Positions 11,392-24,704 of a DNA stretch of 64,000 nucleotides are shown piece after piece (position 1 is the first letter of the stretch; each line of letters starts with the position of its first letter). The notes under the pieces were generated by a model that made no database searches, had not been told where the DNA came from, and saw only the letters and a program-made list of their open reading frames with translations. This DNA comes from Eledone cirrhosa (taxonomy: Eukaryota). The translations under genes and the position numbers were made by a program. The stretch lies in assembly GCA_964016885.1 (NCBI GenBank), contig OZ024742.1, forward strand, positions 301,072,001-301,136,000. The letters are read 5' to 3'.

Positions 11392-11666
11392 TATAAAAGA
11401 AAAGCAAACACAGATATATAGATATATGTGTTCAAATCGTAAGGGATCTGATTTGCTAAGGTGAAGAGAATACTAACTATAGACAATTGGGTTCGCTTGC
11501 CTTACAATTTGAACACATATATCCCTTACGATTTGAACACATATAACTATATATCTGTGTTCGCTTTTCTTTTATATTCTATTATAATATACGGCTCAGA
11601 AATATCTCTTTCTTAGAGCTATTTTGTTGTAAGAGACTATTTTGAGTTCCTAACTCAATATATACA

Positions 11667-11670
<4 letters not shown>
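11392..11670. repeat. Fold-back module in (TA)n (about 55-bp inverted arms plus tail)
   Basis: 11392-11447 is inverted relative to 11521-11576, with an extra partial arm at 11500-11522. No hammerhead core found. Confidence 0.55.
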
Positions 11671-11731
<61 letters not shown>

Positions 11732-12119
11732 TCCATGTTATGTCACCCAGAGTAACTATATACATATCCACCACTCCCTACCATAACATCACTAGTGTAT
11801 TATACATAAGATATCCAAATATAAAAAAAGTATTTGGTTCATTTGTGTATCCCTACTGATACTATTACTTTGATTGGTATTGATCTGTTTATAAATATAG
11901 CCCAGATTTTAATCAATCAATACTATCTTACTGAAAACATCGACATCTAACTAATTGGTCCACAAAACCTTAAGTTCATTTAGTTAATGGCTTATTTATT
12001 GACCAACATTTACTTTGTTTTTAACAAAAACTTTGAACATATGAGAAAGACCAGGTCTATGTTATTTGAGAAAACAACTGGACCACCAAGATTTTGGTTG
12101 TATGTGTGTGTGGGCATAT

Positions 12120-12815
12120 ATCATCATCATTGTTTAATATCCATTTTTCCACGCTAGCATGGGTTAGATGGGCTGTCCCATTTGAGGCAAGTTGGGTCAG
12201 GTGACTGTGTTTTGCTCACACAGAACTGTTTCTGGCTTGGTTTCTATAGCTGGATACCCTTCCTAATGCCAACCACATTTACAGTGTGCGCTGGGTGCTT
12301 TTTGTCATGACTCCTACATGACCACTTTACAGTGTGGGTTGGATACTTTTTGTTGTGACACCTACACAACCACTTTACAGTATGTATATGCATAAGTGTG
12401 TTTGTATGTGTGTTTTTATATATATTTAGAGGACCATTCCATTGTGTCAAGGTCATGACAAACTCCCTAGTGTTGGTGAACTACACAATAAACGCACCCA
12501 GTACACGCTGTGAAGCAGTTGGTAATAGGAAAGGCATCCAGCTTTAGAAAGGTTGTCAAACAAAGGATTGGGTGGACCCTTCAATTGTGTTAAAGACGTG
12601 ACAACCTCTCTAGTGCTGGTACCATGATAAAATGTATCCAATAGCATATGGGACCATGTGTAAAGGAGATGTGGCCCTTTGGCCTGTCTAGGAGGTTAAT
12701 AGCGCCGCTTCAGACTGACTCAGTCTGTGAAGACCCATTCAACTCTTGCTAGATTGAAAAGTGGACATTAGATGATGATGATGATGGCGGTGGTGGTGGT
12801 GATGATGATGATGAT
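12120..12815. repeat. Two opposed copies of an RTE 3'-UTR-derived interspersed repeat
   Basis: ggata/gccttcctaatgccaaccac..tttacagtgtg.gctgggtgc and (GAT)n tails. Similar copies at about 13600-13900, 20360-20665, 22605-22785 and 23650-24000. Confidence 0.6.
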
Positions 12816-14287
12816 TGAATGTATATGTGTGTGTGTATGTCTGTCTGTATGTGTGTGTGTATGTATGTACGTATGTGCTGTTATTGCTTTTAGTGTCTTT
12901 TTCATTGTTTAGCCCTTGGTCAATCCTGTTTAAGCTGACCTACGATCAAAAGTGTTCCAGCCATGACCATCCCATCTTATTTTCAGGCAGAGTGCATCTA
13001 GATCCACATTAGCCAATAGGTCTTTTCTTTTCAAGACACACACACATATACATAATAATTGATAAGATGAGGAAGATTTGGCTACTATTTGAAGAAGGTC
13101 AAGCGACTACAAAGAGTCTCCGTTGTTGAACCACTTGAGTGTGTGTTTGTGTGCATATGTTTGTCTGTATATGTTGAGGGAGTTATGTGTGGTAATGTGT
13201 GATATGATATTTCACCTGACATTTCATAGATCAGATTATATATATAGTATTGTATAATATGATTTTTCACCTGATGTTAAAGATACAGGTTAAATCTGAT
13301 CTGGTATTGTATTCTTTGACCTTCCACTTCAAAAATTTGTGTCACATGTCAGATTGTTCACCTAACTCTAATGGCCATAATTTCACAGCTGATAATTATT
13401 GGGAGAAAGTCATTTTTAGGAGCCAATGTCAAAGGTCAAGTGTCTACCTCTTGCTATAATGGTCATATCTCCCACCCATCACATCAACTGACTGGTAATT
13501 AGTCAGTGAGTGAGGGCTGCAGTTAACACTGTTAGCTCCAAATCATGTACTCTAGCTATGATCATCCCATTCTTTGTTTGGATGTAACATATCAAGAACT
13601 ATCATCATCATCATCATTTAACATCTGTTCTCCTTGCTAGCAAGGGTTGAAATGGGTCATCACTGGCTATATCAATACCTAGTCAGAGCTTCTTACTTCT
13701 CAGACTGGCTGGGAGCCTGCATCTCAATTACATGTGTTACCATACTCTACAGAGTGCACTGGGTGCATTTTATTGTGGCACCAACACTAGGGAGGTTGTC
13801 ATGTCTTTGACACAATTGAAGAGTCTCCCTGACCCCCTTCTTTGACATGTTTCTATGATGGATACACTTCTTGTCACCAACCTCATTACAATCAATAATA
13901 CTAGATCAACAATACCAGAGAGGTTGTTTTACTCTTGACACAACTGAACAATCATTCAATTACCCAATATGGCCATCTTTTTCAAGATGGTGGTTTGTAA
14001 TTTGACTGTTATTTCTAACAGACCAAACATTTACATAGAAGTTCTTTCACTGAAGTAGGCTCATACTTAGCATTTGACATGAGTCTAATGCAGCCCCCCC
14101 CCCCCCCCCCGGCTTTCCTGTCGGTCTAGGTGGGCCCCCTAGGCTATAATTCTAAATACATAACTTATTACACATGTAATTACGAATCCTTAACTACAAC
14201 AACGTAAAGAAAATGTTTAATCTCTAATAAGACTAGAAGTTAAGACCAATCTCTTGTTTATTTTAAAAATATAATATTTCGGATAAA

Positions 14288-14534
14288 ATGGCAACTGCAT
14301 CTAAAAAAAAGTGTAGATAATATTCCGTCGAATAAAAACGTTAAATTTTTTTTACTTGCTTTCCCCACATCTTATTTAGTTGAGTCAGGTTTCAGTCAGG
14401 TGATGCATCTGCTTTCAAAAAGTCAAAATCACCTTGATATAGAGAGAAGAGGTGATTTACGACTCTCTCTAACGGCTTTCACACCAAACATTGACAAATT
14501 AGTAGCCTTGCATCAATCACAGGGATCTCATTAA
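14288..14534 (+). pseudogene. Internally deleted Charlie/Buster-type hAT transposase remnant
   Basis: MATASKKKCR*YSVE fused to LLAFPTSYLVESGFS...RGDLRLSLT.F.PNIDKLV..HQSQGSH*, a ZBED5/SCAND3-like N- and C-terminus. Confidence 0.7.
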
Positions 14535-15362
14535 AAACCGATTATTATATTCTTTGATTTGTAAATATAAATAAATGATTTGATATCTAAATTCTATATT
14601 ATTCTATTTGTTTGAAATGTTGTAATACATGCTTATGTTATTCTCTTTACTCAGGTTTTTAACCTAATATTTAATTAAAAGTATAATTATGCATGAGTAT
14701 ATACACACAAATATATATATCTATATATTGTGTGTATATATAGAAAAAATATATATAATATTTTTATTTATGTTGTTACTTTTTATCATTAGTCACATTT
14801 TAGAACAATTTGGTGTTTGTGACATTTCCTGGACTTTTGTTCTATGTTTTGTTTTTCATCGATTATTTGACGTGTTTTACATTCTTAGGTGTTGAATATC
14901 AAATAAAGCAAATTGCATTATTCCAAGTGTGTCAATATAGTGCTCATTGTGGGTATGGGTGTGGTGTGTAGTGGCCGGAGGCTGGGCATGCTTGACCGGA
15001 AGCGTGCTCGACTGGAAGGATGAGCAGATGTGATGTCAGCTTGAGAGGCCCCTTTCTCTTCTACGGTGGTCATCGGACTGAGACAGACGTGTGATCGGCG
15101 AGCTAGGTTGTACACACGTGGAAGAGAGGAAAACCAGCCAACGACTTTGCCAGGACCAGAGAAATACGGTAAGTGAAGTGACTTTCTAATCACAAGCTAT
15201 TTCGGCACTTAAAGACTTATAGAATAGAAAAAGGAAAAAGGAAGAATTTTTTTTAAGACAAAGCCACTGGAAAACAGTGTCAATATAGTGCTCATTAACA
15301 ATGCTGCCTAAAAAACTTACAAAACTGGAGCAACAAAGAGGAGAGAAGCTAGACAAGCTGCC

Positions 15363-18028
15363 ATGGAAGAATCTGCAAAGAAATGTCATCTAATCACAAG
15401 TTTTCTGAAAAGTCAACAGTCTTCATCAACAAGTAGTGACGCATCCCAAAGCAACGTAACTGCCGGAATTTCCGGCGAGTCGGTCTGGTCAGATGAACTA
15501 GGGAAACAGAAAAGCACTGGAGAGTCGCGAGAACCTGACGTTGAAGATGCCTCAGGTCCATCGACTATCTCAACAACCGTCGTAGTCACTGAAGATGTAG
15601 TTCCAATAGTTCCAATAGAGGGAAAAATGGCTGTATCAGAATCTGAAAATGAAAATGATTCAGAGGAAACTATATTAGCAAAACAAATCCCAGAGTATGA
15701 GCCAGTAGAATGCATGTTGAATTTACAAGATAAGTATCCATGCAACCCGAAACATTTCGAGGACAGACCATTGACGACACCTCTAATTCGCGCCCTCATG
15801 GCCGTTGATCCTTGTCAGCCAGGATTGAAAGATAATTTTGCTGATTTCCCTCTCGACTCGAACCATAGAAAATTCAACATCAGTTGGTACAAGAGAAAGT
15901 GTGCTGGAATCCATAAAGTTGACCGACACTGGTTAGTATACTCTACTGAATCCAACAGACTATATTGCTTTTGTTGTTGGCTGTTTGCTGATAAAAATGC
16001 CGAATCTTACTCGAAGACTTGGGGTAATACAGAGTGTGAGATCGCAAACTTCAAAAAGGGAATCGAAAAAATTGCCAAGCATGAGAAAAATGCCATTCAC
16101 ATCAATGCACAAAAGCAATACTTCATGACAAAATATCGTTTGGACGCAAATAAAACAGTGATCGATAACCTCAACCATGAAGAGAAGAAGCGAATTGAAC
16201 GAAATCGCCAGATATTGAGGCGATTGCTTGATTGTACGTTATTTCTCGCAAAACAAGGCCTGGCCTTCAGAGGTCACAGGGAATATGCTGGACTTGGCGC
16301 CAAATCAGAAAATGAAGGAAACTTTATTGAATTGTTGAAATTGATGGCCAAGTATGATACGATCTTGGAAAGCCATTTATTCTCGCCTGGGCGCACTAAA
16401 AGACAGCCTATGTACTTAAGTCCAAAATTACAAAACGAATTCATAGAATGCCTGGCAAACGAATGTACTCAACAAATAATCACGGAAGTGAAAGCGGCAA
16501 AATACTATTCAGTCATCGTCGATTCCACAGTAGACATTTCGCATCAGGATCAATGCTCTGTGTCACTGCGATATGTATCAAAAAGTGGCCACGCACAGGA
16601 GCATTTCCTGTTGTTTTGTGAACTAGAATCAGCAGCCACTGAATCATTTTACAATACGCTTGTGAAAGTTCTTTTCCAGGATCTATCCTTGGATGCTCAA
16701 TATATTAGAGGACAAGCTTACGACGGAGCGTCGAATATGTCCGGCCATATTTCTGGGCTTCAGGCTAGAGTTAAAGAAGGATGCTCTTCGAAAGCTGTTT
16801 ACGTCCATTGTTGTGCTCATAACCTGAAGCTGGTGTTAATCGATGCTAGCCAATTGTCAGTGGATGGTAAATTATTTTTTGGTATATTGGAGAGCCTGTA
16901 TGTTTTCTTAACATCAAGCTTGCCAAGGCTGAAAATCCTCGAAGAAGAACAAGAAAAACTATTGACTTCAACGGTATTAACATTAAAAAGACTCTCAGAA
17001 ACGTGCTGGTTTAGTCACATTCAGGCTGTAGAGGCTACCATTAACAACTTACCGGTAGTAATAAGTGCACTAGAGAGGATAATAAGTGGGGATGTTCACA
17101 ACACTGCTTCGAAAGTATTAACCGAGGCCAGAGGTTTGCTACTAAATGTGAGCAAGTTTGAATTCATTTTCATGTTGAACTTTTTTCAGAATTTACTTAA
17201 AAAGCTGCATTCTGTTTCACAATATTTGCAGAAGGAGGCTATCGACTTATATTCCGCGGACGTCATGATTAAAAATGTAGTAAAAGAAATTGAAGACATC
17301 CGCTCAAATGAATATTTTGACCGAACATTATCAGACGCTAAAAATCTCGCCGAGCAATGTCAAGTTGAACCAGAGTTTACAACAGAAAAACGGAAAAGAA
17401 AAAGCGTTTTCATGACGAAAATGCCAGTGACGAACCTCATGAGACGATGAGTCAGCATTTTAAACAGGACGTTTATTTCACTATCTTAGATAGAATCATT
17501 AGTAGCTTTAACGAACGTTTTGCCGACTTGCACGATCTAGTGAAGGATTTTTCGTGCTTGCTACCGGCACACTTCGACGATGATGACACATGCAATAGAG
17601 AGAGAATCGATAATCTTGTGAAATTCTACGAGGGTGACATCGAAAATGACACTATCTTCGACGAGTATTTATCATTCAAAGATTTTTACAAGGAAGTGTG
17701 TTTAGATAAATCCATATCGAGTTCTGAGATCGTTCCGTTTATGATTTCTAATGACTTAGATAGAGCCTATCCGAACATGTTTGCCTTATACAAAATGTTC
17801 ATAACTATTCCGGTTAGCTCGGCGCAGGTTGAGCGAACCTTCAGCAGGCTCAAACTGATAAAGAATTATTTGCATAGTACCATGATTGAAGAGCAGTTGA
17901 ATGCTCTGGCAATGATGTACATAGAGCGAGAACTGGCTGAAAAAATTGACTTCAGCATCATGATTGAAAAATTTTCTAAAGTAAAACATCGCAAATTTTT
18001 GTTGGTGAATAATCGATTGCAAAACTAG
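15363..18028 (+). pseudogene. Near-intact hAT transposase (TTF-type Zn finger, DUF4371, RNase H-like core, hATC domain), frameshifted near 17400
   Basis: 695-aa and 193-aa ORFs: WLVYS..RLYCFCC, LAFRGH, GNFIELL, VIVDST, QAYDGASNM, HCCAHNL, SSAQVERTFSRLKLIK. Confidence 0.9.
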
Positions 18029-18819
18029 TTTTATTGGATATTATTTTTTTTCTGAAGATAGACCACCGTCTTCGCAGTTAATAAAGTTTTCACGGAACAT
18101 GCTAACTCTGTAATCTATGATGCTGTCTACTCTATTATAAATTATTATCTATTCTATATGCGTGTATGAACATATTTCCTTGCAGCCGATGGAAATGAGC
18201 GTATGGAATTGGTGGGCCCCCTTTAGATCGAATTTGCCCCACCTGGCTTTAAAAGCTAGTTACGCCACTGGTCTAATGCATATCTTGCTAAGCATACTTA
18301 ATTCCAGTCCTCAATTAACCACAACCAACCCCAGCTCATTACAGCTAACACCAGCTAACCCCTGCTAACACTAGCCAATCACAGCTAGTTCTTAGGTAAC
18401 CACAGCTAACTAATTACCAGAATTATCTCCAATATTTGAATTATTTAAGTAATATTAATCATTGAGCTAAAAATCTTTTCCTCGGCGCATAATTGTTTCT
18501 AATCACATTTTTAATGATTACTACATTAAATATGGTAACACTAATTTAGATATTGAGTTTTTTCATGGCGATGGTGTCTCTGATAATTAATTTCTGTGAT
18601 TTATTTTTTAGTATATTAATTTTTACACATATTTATGTACAATACTTAGTAATTCTTTCATCAATACTTTGGTAAATACAATGAAATCTATGCTCCTCTG
18701 AGGAGATTTAATAAGACTTGAAACATGTTCAAAGTTATCTTATTTACCAAAATAATACAATTATTATTAGTGATTCAGTTAATGCTGTCTTTTCTACACA
18801 TGATTATATCTTTAATGCT

Positions 18820-19205
18820 CAACATCATCATACGTCCATTTTTTCATGCTTGCAAGGGTTGGATGGGTCCTTCTCAGCACAGCATATTTCCACTTGTTGT
18901 GTTCCTTTGTCATCTCCTTTGTGAGTCTCATCGATTTGAGGTCAGCTCTCACCTCCTCCCTTGCTAATTAAGTCACCTAGATAGCAGAAGCTATCAATCA
19001 CTTCTATGAACACTTCCTATGACTTGAAAAGGTTTATATCACTGATGTTTCTACATACAAAGTCCTCTTTTCCTGTTAGTCTACCGGTTATCCCACTACA
19101 TCTCTTGTGTACCCAAGATTTACATTATGTACATCATATGGAGTTTATGCCTACTCCTTTTCTACATATTGAGCAGGGTCACTTCTGTGCATTAAATATG
19201 CTACC
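18820..19205 (-). mobile_element. Degraded RTE LINE fragment related to the 40992-42815 element
   Basis: Minus strand resembles CSICRKGVGINSI..C...VHKRCSGITGRL, plus the RTE 3' tail. Confidence 0.55.
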
Positions 19206-19699
19206 ATTGGTTTAACTATTGTTTTTTCGTGTTGATGGGAGTCTCTGAGTAATGAATCCCAGTTATATATTATTTTTGATATGTTAATTACAATTAACTT
19301 TCCCATACTGTCACACATCAACAGTTTAACTACCTTAACGACAGATCAAATCTTCAATGAATTAATTGCCATATATGTCACAGTCATCCATCCCTCAATA
19401 AATCATTATTTGTAATGGAGGTGATGGGGATGGTGATACATTGATGTATTGATATATACATTGGAAACACACACACACACACACACACATATATGAAAAG
19501 AAAAGTGCTGGGAGAGAAGTGTTTCTGTTAGCACATAGCAAATATTTTCTTTGGGTTGAATGACTAAGGGGTATATTTGCAATTGGTTGGTTGAAAAACA
19601 GATCTACATTTATTAAATAGAGACTTTGAAATCTTCTTCCAATGGAGTTGAACCAATCCTGTCTCAATCTTAAATACACAATCATTACATCTCAAGAAA

Positions 19700-19905
19700 A
19701 TAATAGTTTCTGATCTAGGCACAAGATCAACAATTTTAGGGGAGGGATAATTGGTTAAATCGACCCCAGTGCATTACTGGTACTTTATTTTTCGACCTTG
19801 TAAGGATGAAAGGCAAAGCTAACCTTGGTGGGATTTGAACTCAGAACATAAAGGGATGCAACTCTATGCTGCAAAGCATGTGGTCAGATGCTCTACCAAC
19901 CCTGC
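19700..19905 (-). mobile_element. tRNA-derived Meta-type SINE
   Basis: Reverse complement of the SINE consensus (ggatttgaactcag, aggatgaaaggcaaag). Confidence 0.7.
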
Positions 19906-20029
19906 CAAGAAAATATTAACAATCCACATATCAAGAAAATAATAACATATCGTCCCTCCTTCCCTCAATACAAACACCCTGCATTTAGCGCCCTCAATGT
20001 CACTTCAAATGATAAGCTTTACAATCACT

Positions 20030-20175
20030 AACTGATCTCTCCTGATGATCTCACAACCCCAGCAAAGACTTCATAACAAACATTGGTTTGTCCTAACTAG
20101 AACTAACTTCTACTGACACTTTACAAAGTTCAAGTGAGATCCACAACGGAATACTGCTCCCATATCTGGAACTCT
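20030..20175 (+). mobile_element. Short decayed CR1/L2/Jockey-group RT fragment
   Basis: LYKVQVRSTTEYCSHIW motif. Confidence 0.5.
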
Positions 20176-21700
20176 ACTACTACTACTACTACTAATACAT
20201 CCATGTTTGTAACTGTGCTACTACTACTACCCATACTGCTTTCACATCTGGAACTGTGATGCTGTTGCTACTACTACTACTACTACTGCCCACACTGCTA
20301 CCACATCTGCAACTGTGCTGCTGCCGTTACTACTGCTGCTGCTACTGCTACTCCCTAGTGTTGCTGATTTACACGATAAATGCACCCAGTACACTGTAAT
20401 ATAGTTTGTGATAGGAAGGGCATCCAGCCATAGAAATCTTGCCAAACAAAAGATTGTTAGGACCCTCAGTTGCATCAAAGGCATGACAACCTATCCCGTG
20501 CACTTGGTGGAAAGGTAGACTATACATAAGCGAGATACAGATCCCTAGCCTGTCTGGGAGATCAGTGGCTCCACTTCACTACTGACTTGGTCTGTATGGA
20601 CCCGTCCAACCCTTGCTAGCAGAGAAAGCAGCTGTTAAAATGATGATGATGATGATGATGATGAATCCCTCACCATCTTAATTTTAATCTGATATTAAAT
20701 GAAACAAAAATTGTTTTAGAGAATGGACTTATTCATATATAAACACATACAATCAATTTTTATTAAATTTTATTAAAAGACTCCATATCTAGTGGAATCT
20801 AGTATTTCTTCAGAGAACCCTAACCCTCCCCGCAAACTCACTTTAGAAAACTCTTCTCTAGACCAAACCATTAAAAAAGAAAGGTCACTCATCTTTCATT
20901 CTTTTTTTCATATATTCTTAAGTGCCTATATCAACATTTAGTTTGACTACATGGATTAAAAATTTATTTTGAATCATCATTTTTCTTGTTTTCTAATGTT
21001 TATAAATTTGATGTATTTATAAAAGTCAAACATACATTACTTGCTTAAATGTCAAACAATTATATTTCTGTTGAATATTCAGTACAGTAACAATGTTTAA
21101 AACATTTCTGGCCTGATTATCTCACATACAAATAAGATATATATTTTGAAACTCCTATTTCTTCCACCACGCCACCCTATGTTTCTTTCTTTATACTCTC
21201 TCTCTCTCTCTCTGTACCCCCCCCCCCCACTTTTTTGTTTCCATTCTTGCTCTCCCCTAACATACTAGAGGGCACACTAAAAGCCCAAATATACCACTCA
21301 ACTCAAAACAAACCTGACATCTATGATAAGCAAGGGTATAATATGTTGACAAAGTCAAAACAAAGAAAATTGTAATTTTGATTCATAAAAAAAAAACCAA
21401 AGACCAATATAGTTATGAGAACAACTAACAGTTCTTCACATTCTTTATTAAAATCCCTCATGTTAGCTTTGCTTTTTACATCCTTTTTTGGTCAATAAAA
21501 CATATTGTGGAGATTAGAAAACATTTTAACCAACTGAAGCTATGAAGCTATCCTCACAACTTCAAAAATGAAACTATATATATATATATATATATATAGT
21601 GTTGGTGATTCAGTGAATTACTGGTGGTGGTACCAAAACAAGCACTCTATGCACAGGCAGAGTGTATATATATTAGAATAAACGAGGAAGTTTTGTTTAT

Positions 21701-21756
21701 GTGCCCCAGCATGGCCTCAGCCGGATGGTTGGAACAGGTAAAAGAGTAAAAAAGAG
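21701..21756 (+). mobile_element. Extreme 3' tail of the CR1/L2-group LINE family found at 44806-48534
   Basis: gtgccccagcatggcctcagccggatgg...aacaggtaaaagagtaaa, nearly identical to 48481-48534. Confidence 0.75.
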
Positions 21757-21785
21757 TATGTATAAGATTTTTATTATGTATCAAC

Positions 21786-21873
21786 CTGTTATGCGTGTTT
21801 CGCAGATGATTGGCTCAAGGTCACCCATAGGAGCTATGGACCTGACTCCATTATCGATTTGCTATTCAGACAG
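21786..21873 (-). ncRNA. Degenerate hammerhead motif in a Penelope-like terminal module (21599-21900)
   Basis: ctgt CTGAATA gcaaat...long hairpin...atctgc GAAAC ACGC ATA acag. G8 is substituted and stem III looks CpG-decayed. Confidence 0.55.
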
Positions 21874-21999
21874 TCTAAATAAAAATCTTATACATGTAAA
21901 CAAAATTTCCTCTTCTTTTCTAAAATATATATCATCATCATTGATCTTCCATGCTAGCATGGGTTAGACGGGTCCCATTTAGAAGCAAGTTGGATCGGG

Positions 22000-22280
22000 T
22001 GTGGGCTGGGTGCTTTTTGCCATGTCTTTTACATGTCCACTTTACAGTATGGGCTGGGTGCTTTTTGCCGTGTCTTTTACACGTCCACTTTACAGTATGG
22101 GCTGGGTGCTTTTTGCCGTGTCTTTTACACGTCCACTTTACAGTATGGGCTGGGTGCTTTTTGCCGTGTCTTTTACACGTCCACTTTACAGTATGTGCTG
22201 GGTGCTTTTTGCCATGTCTTTTACATGTCCACTTTCCAGTGTGGGCTGTGTGTTTTTTGCCATGTCTTTTACACATCCAG
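22000..22280. repeat. 48-bp minisatellite (about 6 copies) expanded inside an RTE-tail repeat
   Basis: Unit gtatgggctgggtgctttttgccgtgtcttttacacgtccactttaca. Confidence 0.9.
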
Positions 22281-22780
22281 TGTAGGTTGAGGGGGTGGGG
22301 CATACTGTACATATGCTTCAGCTTGTGCTCAAGGGAAGTCGGGATATATACATGCTAATTTTAGGTTTGATTAATACATATATCAATAATATTTCTCAGG
22401 ACAAAACTCAATCAATAAACTTCAGTTCAGAGCATATCGATCATATAAGTTTAAACAATATATAACAGGATATATCAATTGAGAAACAAACTAGTATTTT
22501 GCACATATTTCCAGAACAAATAATATTTAAATTTAAATACATACTTCAAGATGTTATAATGGCCTACAATCCCATAGACAGATCTGTTATATATATATAT
22601 ATTTGTAAATGTGGTTGGTGTTAGGGAGGGCATCCAGCTGTAAAAACATTGGCCAAATTTACAGTCCCATCAGAGCAAGGTACGGTGTGGCCAATCCTGT
22701 CCAGACTTGTCTCTTGACGCGGACGACCCATCTGACCCATGCAAGCATGGAAAAATGGACATTAATAGTGATGATGATGA

Positions 22781-22814
<34 letters not shown>

Positions 22815-23420
22815 TTGTGCTATAAAATGTTGACTAACTGGTGTTGCAACACACCAACACACCAATCAATAAACAATTCTTCTTGCATATGAGTTTTCTC
22901 AAGTTGTGGTCTTTCACCTGATCATGATCAGAAATCAGATTTCAGGGCCTACCACAAGAAGGTCAACAACCTTGATGTAATAGGATCAAGCACTCAACGT
23001 CTATTGTATCTTTCCAATTTTGATGTGGTATGCCATGATGGTGTATATTACACAATAATAATGATTTCTGATTTAGATACAAGGCCAGCAAATTGAAGGG
23101 AAGGGGAAAGTCGATTAAGTCAACCTCAGTGTGTTACTGGTACTTTATTTATCGACTCCATAAGGATGAAAGATAATGCTAACCTCAGCGGGATTTGAAC
23201 TCAGAACGTAAAAGGCCACAATAATATTTAGAGGTTGCACACTTTCACATTTTTTAAATTTATTATGGATATTTTTTACCTGGCTTGAGGTATATTGTCT
23301 TTTCTGTTCACTTTATTAAATCCAATGAGGAAACCACATGACAGAATGAAATTGCAATCAGGCGACATATTTCTGCATATTTTTGGCAAAAAGCACCAAA
23401 CTGCACAAATCAGATATAAT

Positions 23421-23601
23421 TGTTTCTACTTTAGGCACAAGGCCAGCAATTACCCAGTGCATTACTGGTACTTTATTTTATCGACCCCGTAAGGATGAAA
23501 GGCAAAGTCAACCTCGGCGGGATTTGAACTCAGATCGTAAAGGGACGTAACTATGCTGGAAAGCATGGCTTCCGACTCTCTACCGATACTGCCAATCCAC
23601 C
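23421..23601 (-). mobile_element. Full-length Meta-type tRNA SINE with 18-bp TSD
   Basis: gcacaaatcagatataat at 23403-23420 and 23602-23619. Another copy lies at about 23060-23220. Confidence 0.85.
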
Positions 23602-24704
23602 GCACAAATCAGATATAATGATTAGTTTTCATTGTTTAACAGTGAAAGTTTGACCATCATCATTACTGTTTTAACATCTATTTGCATGCTTTGATGAGTT
23701 AGATAGGTCATCATGTTCTGAGGTTAGATCAAATGACCACATCTTGCTCTAACAGTCAATTTTTGACTTGGTTTTCTATGGCTGGATGCCCTTCTCAATA
23801 CTAACCACTTTACAATGTGTTCTGGGAGCATTTCATCATTGCACTATCACTACTATATTACAGGCATATTTTATTGTGGCAACAACACAACCCTTTACAG
23901 TATGTGCTGAGTGTTTTATTGTGGAAACATAACTACCACCTTACTGGATGAACTGGATGTATTTTATCATGACACCATCATTACCACCTCACAGAGTGGG
24001 CAGCAGACAGACAACAGCGAAGAGAGAGGAGGGTAAATCAATCAAACAATAATCGCTTTACAACATCCCAACAAATTTCCACAAATGTAGTTCAATAAAC
24101 ATTTTCCATCAACAGACTCATCACTTTTCCATCTTCATTATCATCTTTTTTTAACGTATCATGGATTACTTTATTGTTGAATTTATGTGCATATTGTCAA
24201 TTTACTTTTCAATTTATGTATCATATCTATAAGCATATATATTTGCATATAATATCAATATGCACACTACATATGCTAGCTGAAAACCGCTCGGAGAGCG
24301 GTTCTTCTGCTAGTCTCAATTAAAGATTGTTATTTAGGTTACAACATTAATTCACAGTTGAGGCTGAAGTAGAAACTGGAGTCAACAATATGTTTATCTG
24401 TTTAACCATCTTGATTTGATTTAACAAGAGTGGCTAGAATTACAGTTTCTATAGTATAATTATTAATAATCTAATTAGTTAAACAAGTTTTATTCACAAG
24501 AAACTTGCAATAAGCTAAGCTCAAATGCTGTATAACAAGCTTAATGCATCTAAATAGAGTTATAATATATGTTATTCATTAGCTTCAAACATAAATGAAG
24601 TAAATTTACCCATTAAGTATATTCTTTTACTAATTTTAGTTATTAGACTACAGCCATGCTGGAGTACCACATTAAAAGGATGTAGTTTATCATATCTAAT
24701 AATA

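Larger units (their letters stand above)
14091..18270 (+). mobile_element. hAT DNA transposon (ZMYM1-like transposase) with 8-bp TSD
   Basis: GTCTAATG at 14083-14090 and 18271-18278. Right TIR ...CTAGTTACGCCACTG; left TIR reduced to CAG. Confidence 0.85.

Noticed and set aside
21938-22358. Repetitive ORFs (TVKWTCKRHGKKHPAH)n and a CRISPR-like periodicity
   Set aside because: 48-bp tandem with no unique spacers, inside an RTE-tail repeat in eukaryotic DNA
23280-23400. Possible minus-strand exon (tgcag...ccag|gtaaaa)
   Set aside because: One open frame but no recognisable homology and a weak acceptor
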